A DNA stretch of 39,777 nt from a virus. Made by a program: the position numbers and the translations under genes. The DNA is taken from the IMG/VR virus record IMGVR_UViG_3300009610_000026, positions 1 to 39,777 of that record. One strand, given 5' to 3'. Within the stretch, counting starts at the first letter, position 1. Every line of letters begins with the position of its first letter. The notes under the pieces are model-generated. The model did not search any database and had not been told where the DNA came from. It saw only the letters and a program-made list of their open reading frames with translations. Positions 15,122 through 23,012 of this stretch are shown here, piece after piece.

Positions 15122-15439
15122 ATGGCTATAGCAAGCATTGCTACATTTATGATGGCGAACATTTCCGACATCGATGATCCAGATGATGAACCAGCATGGA
15201 ATTCGTCTTTTTTTGACGGCAGTATAGAATTACATTTGATAGAAAAAAAAGAGCTAAGCAATGTCTACGACATTTACTTGTTCGTTACATCATCTAAAGC
15301 AATTTATATGGCTTGGTTAGCTAGCAAAGATGAAGAAGGGAATCCTGTTGGCTGGCAGTTTGTTGAATATGACTTGGCAAAAAAAATATTTCCAAATTTA
15401 AAATCACATAAATTTGAATATATGGGGCCTACTTCTTAG
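15122..15439 (+). CDS. Hypothetical acidic protein
   Basis: 105-aa ORF with AGAGGGAAAC before the ATG and an acidic stretch DIDDPDDEP. Confidence 0.5.
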   Translation: MAIASIATFMMANISDIDDPDDEPAWNSSFFDGSIELHLIEKKELSNVYDIYLFVTSSKAIYMAWLASKDEEGNPVGWQFVEYDLAKKIFPNLKSHKFEYMGPTS

Positions 15440-15605
15440 GGATTTTTGCCCCAGCTTTTCTTGCTTCGGAAAGAGCAATAGCTATTCCTTGCTTGTGATT
15501 CGTTACTAAAGGACCTTTTTTTGATCCTGAGTGAAGAGTTCCTTCTTTCAGTTCATGAAGGACCTTTTTAATTTTATTTTCGCCTTTAGATACAGATTTT
15601 TTCAT
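15429..15605 (-). CDS. DUF6496-like small basic protein
   Basis: VLHELKEGTLHSGSKKGPLVTNHKQGIAIALSEARKAG matches, from memory, the conserved HE(F/L)K.G.L.SG...V....QAIAIALSEAR family. Confidence 0.5.
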   Translation of the reverse strand: MKKSVSKGENKIKKVLHELKEGTLHSGSKKGPLVTNHKQGIAIALSEARKAGAKIPKK

Positions 15606-15607
15606 TT

Positions 15608-15742
15608 TTACCACACATAGTTTATGCTACCAGTAGGAAGCTTTGGTTCAGGTTTTTCTAAAATTGGACTTTCAGAAGTTTCAATAACGATCGGAAGAAG
15701 TACTGGCAACTGATAAGGGGTTTGAGGAGGAAGAGGATTCAT
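15608..15742 (-). CDS. 44-aa Pro-rich peptide (hypothetical)
   Basis: The ATG overlaps the stop of the paralogue gene (TAATG). Sequence MNPLPPQTPYQLPVLLPIVIETSESPILEKPEPKLPTGSINYVW. Confidence 0.3.
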   Translation of the reverse strand: MNPLPPQTPYQLPVLLPIVIETSESPILEKPEPKLPTGSINYVW

Positions 15743-16236
15743 TATAATTCTTTTGTTTCCATTATAGTCAACCAGGCTCTCGAAACACCACCCATGAGTC
15801 TTCCTGCAGCTGCATCTCCATTAACCGCATAGTGTCTATTTGCTCCGTTTGTTTCAGCTTGACCAATCCTAATCTTGAATGTTGTGGAACTTGTCGTTCC
15901 AGATGTCATGACATGTTTAACATAATAAAGACCGCCTGAACTTGAACCATATCTTAAATTCTGTGCAGCAAGTGCATTAGATGTTGTGTCTTGAAATAAA
16001 GCACAGCCAGCTGAATTTGAAGCACTACCAAAAGTACCACAACAAAAAAATTCTATAGTTAAAATAGATGTTGCCGACTTAGGCGTTATAGCTAATGTTA
16101 TTACTTCTGTACCTAATGTATTTGTAGGGATTGCATCTCCATCAGCCATTTGATTATTGCAGGTGATTACACTTGCTGTAGAATTGCTAACAAATTGTAA
16201 AACAGGATTTAATGAGTCAACACTATTTTGAGTCAT
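15742..16236 (-). CDS. Fibre-operon paralogue 1 (164 aa), putative receptor-binding/tip protein
   Basis: Shares conserved blocks with the two upstream genes (ALFQDTTSNALAA, MTSGTTSSTTFKIR, GGVS..LTI.E). ATGA coupling. Confidence 0.6.
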   Translation of the reverse strand: MTQNSVDSLNPVLQFVSNSTASVITCNNQMADGDAIPTNTLGTEVITLAITPKSATSILTIEFFCCGTFGSASNSAGCALFQDTTSNALAAQNLRYGSSSGGLYYVKHVMTSGTTSSTTFKIRIGQAETNGANRHYAVNGDAAAGRLMGGVSRAWLTIMETKEL

Positions 16237-16715
16237 AAATACTCCGTAATCGTTAACGAAGCCTTAGAAACACCACCCATGAGTCTTGTTCCAGAAGTGT
16301 TAGCATTGATATATGAAGTTCCCGAAACTATACCACCTCTAATCCTGAATGTTGTGGAACTTGTCGTTCCAGATGTCATGACATATTTTAAATATTGATA
16401 TCTTCCTGCGCTAGTTGTTCCAGAAATAGATGAGGATGCAGCAAGTGCATTAGATGTTGCATCTTGAAATAAAGCAACTATTAAAGAATTAGCTCCTGCT
16501 GTAGTATCTTTAATCATAGGAGCGATAAAAACAATTTCTAAAATAGAAGTAGAAGTTTTAGGAGTTATTGTAGCTGTTATTATTTCAGTTCCTTCGCCAA
16601 TCTGAGGAATACTATCATCAGATGGAATATTTCCAGTACACGCAATAACGCTGGCTGTTGTAGAAACAACTTTCTGGATTATAGGTTGTGTTGTATTTAT
16701 GGTATTCTGGGTCAT
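16233..16715 (-). CDS. Fibre-operon paralogue 2 (160 aa)
   Basis: Contains SIPQIGEGTEIITATITPK, ALFQDATSNALAA, MTSGTTSSTTFRIRGG. ATGA overlaps on both sides. Confidence 0.6.
   Translation of the reverse strand: MTQNTINTTQPIIQKVVSTTASVIACTGNIPSDDSIPQIGEGTEIITATITPKTSTSILEIVFIAPMIKDTTAGANSLIVALFQDATSNALAASSSISGTTSAGRYQYLKYVMTSGTTSSTTFRIRGGIVSGTSYINANTSGTRLMGGVSKASLTITEYL
16333..16379. repeat. 47-nt block identical to 16815..16861 (39 nt also identical at 15877..15915)
   Basis: ccacctctaatcctgaatgttgtggaacttgtcgttccagatgtcat is present in paralogues 2 and 3. Paralogue 1 differs by one base at the edge. Confidence 0.9.
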
Positions 16716-17194
16716 ATATATTCTATAATTGTGAACGAAGTTGCTGAAACACCACCAAATGATCTATTGGTCGAAGCTGTTACACTGTTTCCATATAGTG
16801 GATCAACTGTTGATCCACCTCTAATCCTGAATGTTGTGGAACTTGTCGTTCCAGATGTCATTGTATGTATAAGGGTAGCCGAAGGACCAAGTGTTGAAGT
16901 AACAAGGTTATCAGATATCGCGCACAATGCATTAGATGTTGCGTCTTGAAAAAGAGCAAGAGTCATAGGCGTTGAACCACCAGAAGTAGGATGTATATTT
17001 CCTGTATAAACTATTTCTAAAGTTGATACTGAATATTTAGGTGTAATCGCTAGTGTAATTATTTCAGTTCCTTCACCAATCTGAGGAATACTATCATCGT
17101 ATGGTATTGTTCCAGAACATGTTATTAATGCACCTGTCGATGTGGTAACATATTGAATAATATTCGATGCTGCATTTATTCGATTTTGAACCAT
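16712..17194 (-). CDS. Fibre-operon paralogue 3 (160 aa)
   Basis: Has the same blocks and a 47-nt identity with paralogue 2. AAGGA SD. Confidence 0.6.
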   Translation of the reverse strand: MVQNRINAASNIIQYVTTSTGALITCSGTIPYDDSIPQIGEGTEIITLAITPKYSVSTLEIVYTGNIHPTSGGSTPMTLALFQDATSNALCAISDNLVTSTLGPSATLIHTMTSGTTSSTTFRIRGGSTVDPLYGNSVTASTNRSFGGVSATSFTIIEYI

Positions 17195-17203
17195 AATTAT
17201 TCC

Positions 17204-17872
17204 TTATGCAACTGTCAAGTTTCCTTGAGAGACGCCCGTGCAGGTCCACACACTATTTGCCGTTGTTCCTATAATCTGAATTGTATCAAAAGCATTTGTT
17301 CCAGTTATTGTACCACCAGATGAAGTTACCTGATTACCAAATTGGATTGTGTCGCCTGTGCTGGCTGTTATTCTCCATAAACCTGCACCTTTACCAACGA
17401 TATGGATAATATCCCCTATAGCGAATGTTGCAGGTAGGTTAAATGTTAGGAGTGATCCTAGATTTGCGATATAACCATGATTTATAACAGCTGAAACTGG
17501 GCTAGCTGTTTCTTCCGTCCAAGCCATGCCACCCGATACATTGATAGTTACCGTATTTCCAGATCCTGAAGTCGTAACATTTGATCCACCTAAAATATTT
17601 AATATATTTGCAGATGGTATCGCATTTCCAGAATCAGTCGTAAAAGTAGTTGGAACGGAAGCACCTGCCGCAATAGTAATAGTGCCTGAACCATTGGTAA
17701 TGGTAACGCCTGATCCAGCAGTTAAAGTAGATTTAACGACATGAGGTAATGCTGATGATCCTATCCAAAGTTGACCATCAACAAGAAGTCTTCCAGCTCT
17801 TTCTGTTCCATCAAAACTAGCATTGTCAGCATGCACAACGGTTTCTTGACCGGTAATGAAACTAAATCCCAT
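17204..17872 (-). CDS. Tail fibre/spike-associated protein
   Basis: 222 aa, Gly/Thr/Ser-rich and beta-strand-like. It has the motif VPTTFTTDSGNAIPSANILNILGG, shared with the upstream gene. Confidence 0.5.
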   Translation of the reverse strand: MGFSFITGQETVVHADNASFDGTERAGRLLVDGQLWIGSSALPHVVKSTLTAGSGVTITNGSGTITIAAGASVPTTFTTDSGNAIPSANILNILGGSNVTTSGSGNTVTINVSGGMAWTEETASPVSAVINHGYIANLGSLLTFNLPATFAIGDIIHIVGKGAGLWRITASTGDTIQFGNQVTSSGGTITGTNAFDTIQIIGTTANSVWTCTGVSQGNLTVA

Positions 17873-18414
17873 TATGTTACCATCCTAAATTCTAATAGTG
17901 AATTCCAGTTTATAGAAAGAGCTGGATCTCCTTGAACTTGTAAGAGAGCATTGTTACCACTTACATTAAGAAAAATATCGGATAATGCTAAGGCTGCTTC
18001 TTCGAACTCATCATGATATGCAGCAGAAATTAATGTTGCAGATGCTCCATCTGTTCTTACAGCTCCAGCGAAGGCATAGCTTCCACCAGCTGGTGTTGAT
18101 GAATTAAATGCTTGGACATTACCGTAAACCATATATGTTGCTGGTGTGGCACCCAAAGGAAGAGTAATAATAGTAGTCAAGGCATCAGCTGGTGTTGTAA
18201 CTGTTCCTGTGGCTCTATTAGTCAAAACTACATTCAGAGTGTTTCCTGAACCAGTTGTTCTTATTCCATTATCGATATCTATAGTATCATCTATACCCAG
18301 AACATTTAAAATATTTGCCGCTGGAGTTGCTGTTCCTGAGTCTGTAACGAAATCTGTTGGTACATCTGGTGGAGATGGACCACCACTCGTACTAATAATA
18401 CCTGCTTGGCTCAC
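17872..18414 (-). CDS. Tail fibre/spike-associated protein
   Basis: 180 aa with a GTG start. It has the motif VPTDFVTDSGTATPAANILNVLG. TAATG junction with the downstream gene. Confidence 0.5.
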   Translation of the reverse strand: MSQAGIISTSGGPSPPDVPTDFVTDSGTATPAANILNVLGIDDTIDIDNGIRTTGSGNTLNVVLTNRATGTVTTPADALTTIITLPLGATPATYMVYGNVQAFNSSTPAGGSYAFAGAVRTDGASATLISAAYHDEFEEAALALSDIFLNVSGNNALLQVQGDPALSINWNSLLEFRMVT

Positions 18415-18417
18415 GAT

Positions 18418-18750
18418 CTATCCTTGTATGATATATTGAGACACAAGGTAGACGCTTCCTGTCCCAGCACTACCTTTAACCATAATCTGAGTTCCTTCTG
18501 GAAGAGCAGGATAAGCGCTAGAAAGTCCAACTTTTCCTTCATCGTATAGCCAAAATGAGCTAGCTGGTGCAACATCCATGTCATTAATACCATCTATAGA
18601 TATGGTTACTAGGACAGTGGAGTTATTGACAAGTTTACAAATATATGACGGATATAACAGAGGTGTTCCTAAATTCTGATATGATCCTGTAAAGGTAGCT
18701 GAATCAATACTTCTAAGCGTTTCCCAAGCAATTCTATTTGTGAAGGCCAT
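18418..18750 (-). CDS. Hypothetical fibre-operon protein
   Basis: 110-aa ORF tightly packed between fibre genes. Confidence 0.5.
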   Translation of the reverse strand: MAFTNRIAWETLRSIDSATFTGSYQNLGTPLLYPSYICKLVNNSTVLVTISIDGINDMDVAPASSFWLYDEGKVGLSSAYPALPEGTQIMVKGSAGTGSVYLVSQYIIQG

Positions 18751-18751
18751 T

Positions 18752-18946
18752 TTATTCCTGTTCTGGTTGTTTTTCTACAACTTTAGGTTTGGATGCTTCG
18801 TTTTCAGCATTTATTCTTTCAACTACATATCCTCTAATCTGTGACAAAGCATCATAAACTTCACCTAAAGGACTCATAGGATCTAATTCCAACGTATATG
18901 TTCTTTCACCGATCTTTACTTCTAAAACTGTTTTCTGCTTAAGCAT
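18752..18946 (-). CDS. Hypothetical small protein
   Basis: 64-aa ORF, 1 nt from the downstream start. Confidence 0.45.
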   Translation of the reverse strand: MLKQKTVLEVKIGERTYTLELDPMSPLGEVYDALSQIRGYVVERINAENEASKPKVVEKQPEQE

Positions 18947-19007
18947 GCTTCTCCTTAGGGTTTTTCACGCAGAAATACACCCTAAGTATTATTTAATCAA
19001 TCAATAT

Positions 19008-21335
19008 TTAGGTCTGACGTATGATCACATAATCGAATACTGAAACGTCAGTTGCAACCGCAGCTCCTAGCGCACTGTATGAGGCTATAGTAAACGAAGC
19101 ACCTGCACTTATTGTCGTTATTGGAAATCCAAGAGCAGGGGACCCATTTAGCGAAGATCTCGTTACGAAGATTCTGTCTCCAGCTGCAATGTTTGTGTTA
19201 TTTACCGTTACGCTACCTGCAATAAGAGTTGCACGACCGATAAAGTCTGTTACGGCACCCCCGTTCATGCTGATTTTTGTTGCAACAGAAGTTAGGTTAA
19301 AGTCAGTAGCACAGTTTACAGCTCCAGATCCAGCAGTAATGTTAACTGCTGTAGCACCTGTTGTGTTACCTATTGTTATAGTCTTTGCAGCTGCGTCAGC
19401 ACCGATATTGATCGCTCCAGTTCCTGTGACAAGTCCGAATGATCCATTGGTGGTAGTCCAAGCACATGCTCCAGTACCACTGTTCACATTAACTGCTGTA
19501 GCACCTGTTGTGTTACCTATTGTAACCGTGTGGGCTATCGCATTCGTTCCGATATTAAGTGCACCAGTACCACAGTCAACTACGACGCTAGTAGCACCTG
19601 TACCATTACCTATTGTTATAGTCTTTGCTGCGGCATCTGTTCCTAAAGCGATTGCTCCTGTTCCGGTTATAAGACTAAATGTACCGTTAGTAGTCGTCCA
19701 AGCACATGCTCCAGTACCACTGTTTACGTTTACAGCGGTTGCCCCAGTCACGTTACCAATGGTCACTGTGTGCGCAATTGCGTTAGTTCCTACATTCAAG
19801 GCTCCAGTTCCGCAATTCAAAACAAGGCTTGTTGCGCCTGTGCTATTACCCATCGTAATAGTATGGGCGGCTGCATCGGTACCGATATTGATCGCACCTG
19901 TGCCCGTTACCAACGCAAGAGTAGCGTTAGTCGTAGTAATGGTTGATCCACCAGAACCAGTATTGATATTGACAGCAGTAGCACCTGTGATGTTACCAAT
20001 CGTAATGGTTTTAGCAGCTGCGTCAGCACCAAGGCTTATTGCGCCGGTTCCTGTAACTAAACCGAAAGTCCCGTTAGTAGTCGTCCAAGCGCAGGCTCCA
20101 GTACCACTGTTTACGTTTACAGCGGTTGCCCCAGTCACGTTACCAATTGTGATAGTGTGAGCCGCAGCATCCGTACCCAGGTTAATGGCACCCGTTCCAG
20201 TTGCAAGTGCAAATGCACCGTTGGTTGTCGTCCATGTCGAACCACCCGTACCTGTATTAACATTCACTGCTGTTGCACCTGTGATATTGCCGATAGTGAC
20301 AGTATGAGCTATCGCATTCGTACCAATATTTATAGGTCCAGTTCCAGAATCCAGAACTAGAGAAGTAGCACCTGTACTATTACCTAAAGTAATCGTATGA
20401 GCTATTGCATTTGTACCAATGTTTAAAGCACCTGTTCCACAGTTTAGAACGACGCTAGTAGCTCCTGATGAGTTACCGACAGTTATCGTTCTAGCAGCTG
20501 CCCCAGTACCTATGTTGATTGCTTGAGCTACGGCATCATTACCGATTCCAATTACGCCAGCTGAAGAATTAAGTTCAAGGACGCCTGCTGAGTCAATCAA
20601 AACTGTATCAGCTGAATTCAAGACGATGTCGCCAGCTCCAGTGCTTGTGACTGTAAAGCTTCCTGTACCTGTATTCACCGCAACCGCAGTAGCACCAGTG
20701 ACGTTACCTACAGTAATTGTACGAGCACCAGCACCTGTACCAATATTAACAGCACCTGTAGATGCATCTGAAGCAAGGTTAAGGGCTGTGGCACCCGTTG
20801 TAATTGTAGCGCTAGCCGTAGCCGTAAGAAGTCCACTAGCTCCAAGTGTTGTAAACGCACCGGCAGCTGGAGTTGTTCCACCAATCGCTGGAGGTGTTGT
20901 CAGAAGAGTTGTTAGCTTAAGCGGTGTAACGATTCTAGCATCGTCTGTACCTGTATTCGTTTCGGCTTGTGTTGCGATCTCGGCTATACCGGAGATGAGT
21001 TCTGTAGCAGCAGGAATGGCCCCGACAACAACACCTGCGATAACGGTTGCTACATCATTAGAAGTAGGAACGGCGCCAGCAGGAGCTGTACCCGCTTGCA
21101 ATTCCGCTAAAGTTGCCAACTCTACGATACCGGGAGTTGTCGTAGTAGCTAAACCGTTACCTCCGACTACCCATGTAGTACCATTAAATGTATAACCCGT
21201 AGCAGGAGTGGTAGATTTATCAAAATATAGTTGACCAAGTTCTCCTATTAGATTGGATGCAGGTGCTCCAAATCCTGATAAAGGACCTGATGTAACTGAT
21301 ACTAGACCGCCGATTCCGTAAACTGTTTTTGGCAT
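19008..21335 (-). CDS. Tail fibre with internal periodic beta-helix-like repeats
   Basis: The N-terminal motifs GIVELATLAELQAGT and GIAEIATQAETNTGTDDARIVTPLKL are the AT.AE...G.....VTP..L fibre motif. There are eleven copies of the core IGxxAxAxTITIGNxTGATxVxxN. Confidence 0.75.
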   Translation of the reverse strand: MPKTVYGIGGLVSVTSGPLSGFGAPASNLIGELGQLYFDKSTTPATGYTFNGTTWVVGGNGLATTTTPGIVELATLAELQAGTAPAGAVPTSNDVATVIAGVVVGAIPAATELISGIAEIATQAETNTGTDDARIVTPLKLTTLLTTPPAIGGTTPAAGAFTTLGASGLLTATASATITTGATALNLASDASTGAVNIGTGAGARTITVGNVTGATAVAVNTGTGSFTVTSTGAGDIVLNSADTVLIDSAGVLELNSSAGVIGIGNDAVAQAINIGTGAAARTITVGNSSGATSVVLNCGTGALNIGTNAIAHTITLGNSTGATSLVLDSGTGPINIGTNAIAHTVTIGNITGATAVNVNTGTGGSTWTTTNGAFALATGTGAINLGTDAAAHTITIGNVTGATAVNVNSGTGACAWTTTNGTFGLVTGTGAISLGADAAAKTITIGNITGATAVNINTGSGGSTITTTNATLALVTGTGAINIGTDAAAHTITMGNSTGATSLVLNCGTGALNVGTNAIAHTVTIGNVTGATAVNVNSGTGACAWTTTNGTFSLITGTGAIALGTDAAAKTITIGNGTGATSVVVDCGTGALNIGTNAIAHTVTIGNTTGATAVNVNSGTGACAWTTTNGSFGLVTGTGAINIGADAAAKTITIGNTTGATAVNITAGSGAVNCATDFNLTSVATKISMNGGAVTDFIGRATLIAGSVTVNNTNIAAGDRIFVTRSSLNGSPALGFPITTISAGASFTIASYSALGAAVATDVSVFDYVIIRQT
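19332..20744 (-). repeat. Coding tandem repeats inside the fibre gene (24-aa core, spacing alternating 31 and 49 aa; last two 80-aa super-repeats nearly identical)
   Basis: The cores start at residues 198, 275, 306, 337, 386, 435, 484, 515, 564, 595 and 644. A block of at least 50 nt near 19721..19770 is repeated near 20108..20157. Confidence 0.85.
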
Positions 21336-21365
21336 AACAACCTCTTTATTTAAAATCTGACAATG

Positions 21366-21404
21366 CCTAGATAAAACAAATGTTGAAATTATCTAGGTTT
21401 GACA
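21366..21404. promoter_or_regulatory. 9-bp inverted repeat CCTAGATAA-14-TTATCTAGG followed by TTGACA, between the fibre and packaging operons
   Basis: Read directly from the sequence. TTGACA is at 21399..21404, with GTAAAT 16 nt downstream. Confidence 0.35.
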
Positions 21405-21437
21405 ACATTTAACGATTAAGGTAAATGCTGGTTATAT

Positions 21438-21671
21438 ATGGAAAAAATTGAGGTAGAAGAGGGATATTATTCGGTAAAAGAATTCGCAGTTAAGCTTAGC
21501 ATTCACTCTAATACAGTGAGAAGAGCCATAAAAAGTGGTCGTATAGTTGCTTTTAAGGTGGGTTCTGGTAAAAAATCAATTTACAGAATAGCTCATAGTG
21601 AGATTGGAAGAATAGCTTTATTTGACATGAAAGAATTGATTAGAAAGATGCTTAGAGAGGAAAATGAGTGA
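21438..21671 (+). CDS. Excisionase-type HTH (HTH_17-like) protein immediately upstream of TerL; candidate small terminase/DNA-recognition subunit
   Basis: YSVKEFAVKLSIHSNTVRRAIKSGRIVAFKVGSGKKSIYRI is present. The gene overlaps the TerL start by 8 nt. Confidence 0.55.
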   Translation: MEKIEVEEGYYSVKEFAVKLSIHSNTVRRAIKSGRIVAFKVGSGKKSIYRIAHSEIGRIALFDMKELIRKMLREENE

Positions 21672-22944
21672 TCTTTTAGCTCCTAAACAACTAGAATTCA
21701 TCATTGGCAGCACAAGTCATTGGAATCTTGCCCATGGGTCGGTTCGTTCAGGTAAAACTGTCGGTACTTTATTTAGATTCATGCAGGCTGTAGATCAATG
21801 TCCTGATTCGCAAATATGGATGGTAGGACATAGCTCAGATACTATTTATCAGAATGCTATCAGATTATTGCTTGAAAGTGATCAACTTGCTATCTTTAGA
21901 CCCTTTTGCACCTGGCAGTCAGGGAAAAGACAACTTTTATTTAGAGATAAAGTAATCTCAACTCTAGGTGCAAAAGATGAGGGGGCTATTGGTGGTTTTC
22001 AAGGTAAAACATTTTCCCTTGTATATTGTGATGAAATGACTCTTTATCCAGAGTCTATCATAGACATGATCGACACACGGTTGAGTAATCCCCATTCGAT
22101 GGGTTTTGCTTCTATGAATCCTTCACATCCCAATCACAAGATAAAGAAATGGATAGATAAAGCAGAAAAAGGTGACCCTAATTATTATTCCCTTCACTTC
22201 ACCTTGGATGATAACCCTTATGTTGATAATACATATAAACAACGCATACGAGACTCTTTGTCAGGTCTCTTTTACAAGCGCAATTACTTGGGGCTATGGT
22301 GTCTTGCTGAAGGTGCTATATTTGATTTTTTTGATCGTAATATACACGTTGTGGATCGTCCTCCTATTGCTGCGGAATATTGGATCGCTGGTATTGATTA
22401 TGGTAGCGTTAATCCTTTTTGCTGCATCCTCATTGGTGTTTCTACTGGCAAATATACGCAAACAGGCAAGAAAATGTGGGTGGAGAAAGAATATTTCTGG
22501 GATCCCAAAGTGACAGGAAGACAAAAAACTAATTCAGAATTTGCAGAAGCTGTCCAACAATTCTTAGAGCCTTATAGTGTAAGAAACATTTACGTAGATC
22601 CAAGTGCCGAAGCTTTTCAGATCGAACTCAGAAGAAAAGGCATTCATATTGTTCATGCTAACAACTCAGTAGATGACGGAATTCAGATGATGACTTCCGA
22701 GATGAAAAAAGGCAATCTCTTTGTTTGCTCAGAATGTACAAACACTATTCGTGAAATTGAATCCTATGTTTGGGATAGCAAAGCCGCAGAAAAGGGCTAT
22801 GATGAACCAATGAAAAAAGATGATCACGCGATTGACTGCCTTAGGTACTGTGTAGCGACGCATAAAGCTATTGCATACGATCAACATGCGCACAATCCTA
22901 ATCAATACCTAAAAGATAGGTTTGGCAGGCAACAAAACTTTTGA
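21664..22944 (+). CDS. terL: Terminase large subunit
   Basis: Has Walker A GSVRSGKT, Walker B LVYCDE, and nuclease-type acidic motifs IAGIDYG, YVDPSAE, DDHAIDCLRY. Confidence 0.9.
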   Translation: MSDLLAPKQLEFIIGSTSHWNLAHGSVRSGKTVGTLFRFMQAVDQCPDSQIWMVGHSSDTIYQNAIRLLLESDQLAIFRPFCTWQSGKRQLLFRDKVISTLGAKDEGAIGGFQGKTFSLVYCDEMTLYPESIIDMIDTRLSNPHSMGFASMNPSHPNHKIKKWIDKAEKGDPNYYSLHFTLDDNPYVDNTYKQRIRDSLSGLFYKRNYLGLWCLAEGAIFDFFDRNIHVVDRPPIAAEYWIAGIDYGSVNPFCCILIGVSTGKYTQTGKKMWVEKEYFWDPKVTGRQKTNSEFAEAVQQFLEPYSVRNIYVDPSAEAFQIELRRKGIHIVHANNSVDDGIQMMTSEMKKGNLFVCSECTNTIREIESYVWDSKAAEKGYDEPMKKDDHAIDCLRYCVATHKAIAYDQHAHNPNQYLKDRFGRQQNF

Positions 22945-23012
22945 AGCGAGTAGTTTGCTAAAATAAGCACTATTATGTATCTTGCGTTTTAATCAGCGCA
23001 TAGGTATTTTAC

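Noticed and set aside
15742-17194. Diversity-generating retroelement or invertible shufflon acting on the paralogue triplet
   Set aside because: No reverse transcriptase, template-repeat/variable-repeat pair with adenine-specific differences, invertase or inverted crossover sites could be found. The repeats are all direct and coding.
19332-20744. Possible CRISPR array or non-coding tandem repeat
   Set aside because: The periodicity is in-frame protein repeats inside a 775-aa ORF. There is no repeat-spacer structure and there are no cas genes.
19189-21195. Long plus-strand ORFs (19189..20160, 20157..20360, 20626..21195) opposite the fibre gene
   Set aside because: They are antisense shadows of the repetitive Gly/Thr/Ala-rich fibre gene. 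Their products are Pro/Val/Ala low-complexity mirrors of the repeat, and they have no start context. The minus-strand frame carries recognisable fibre motifs.
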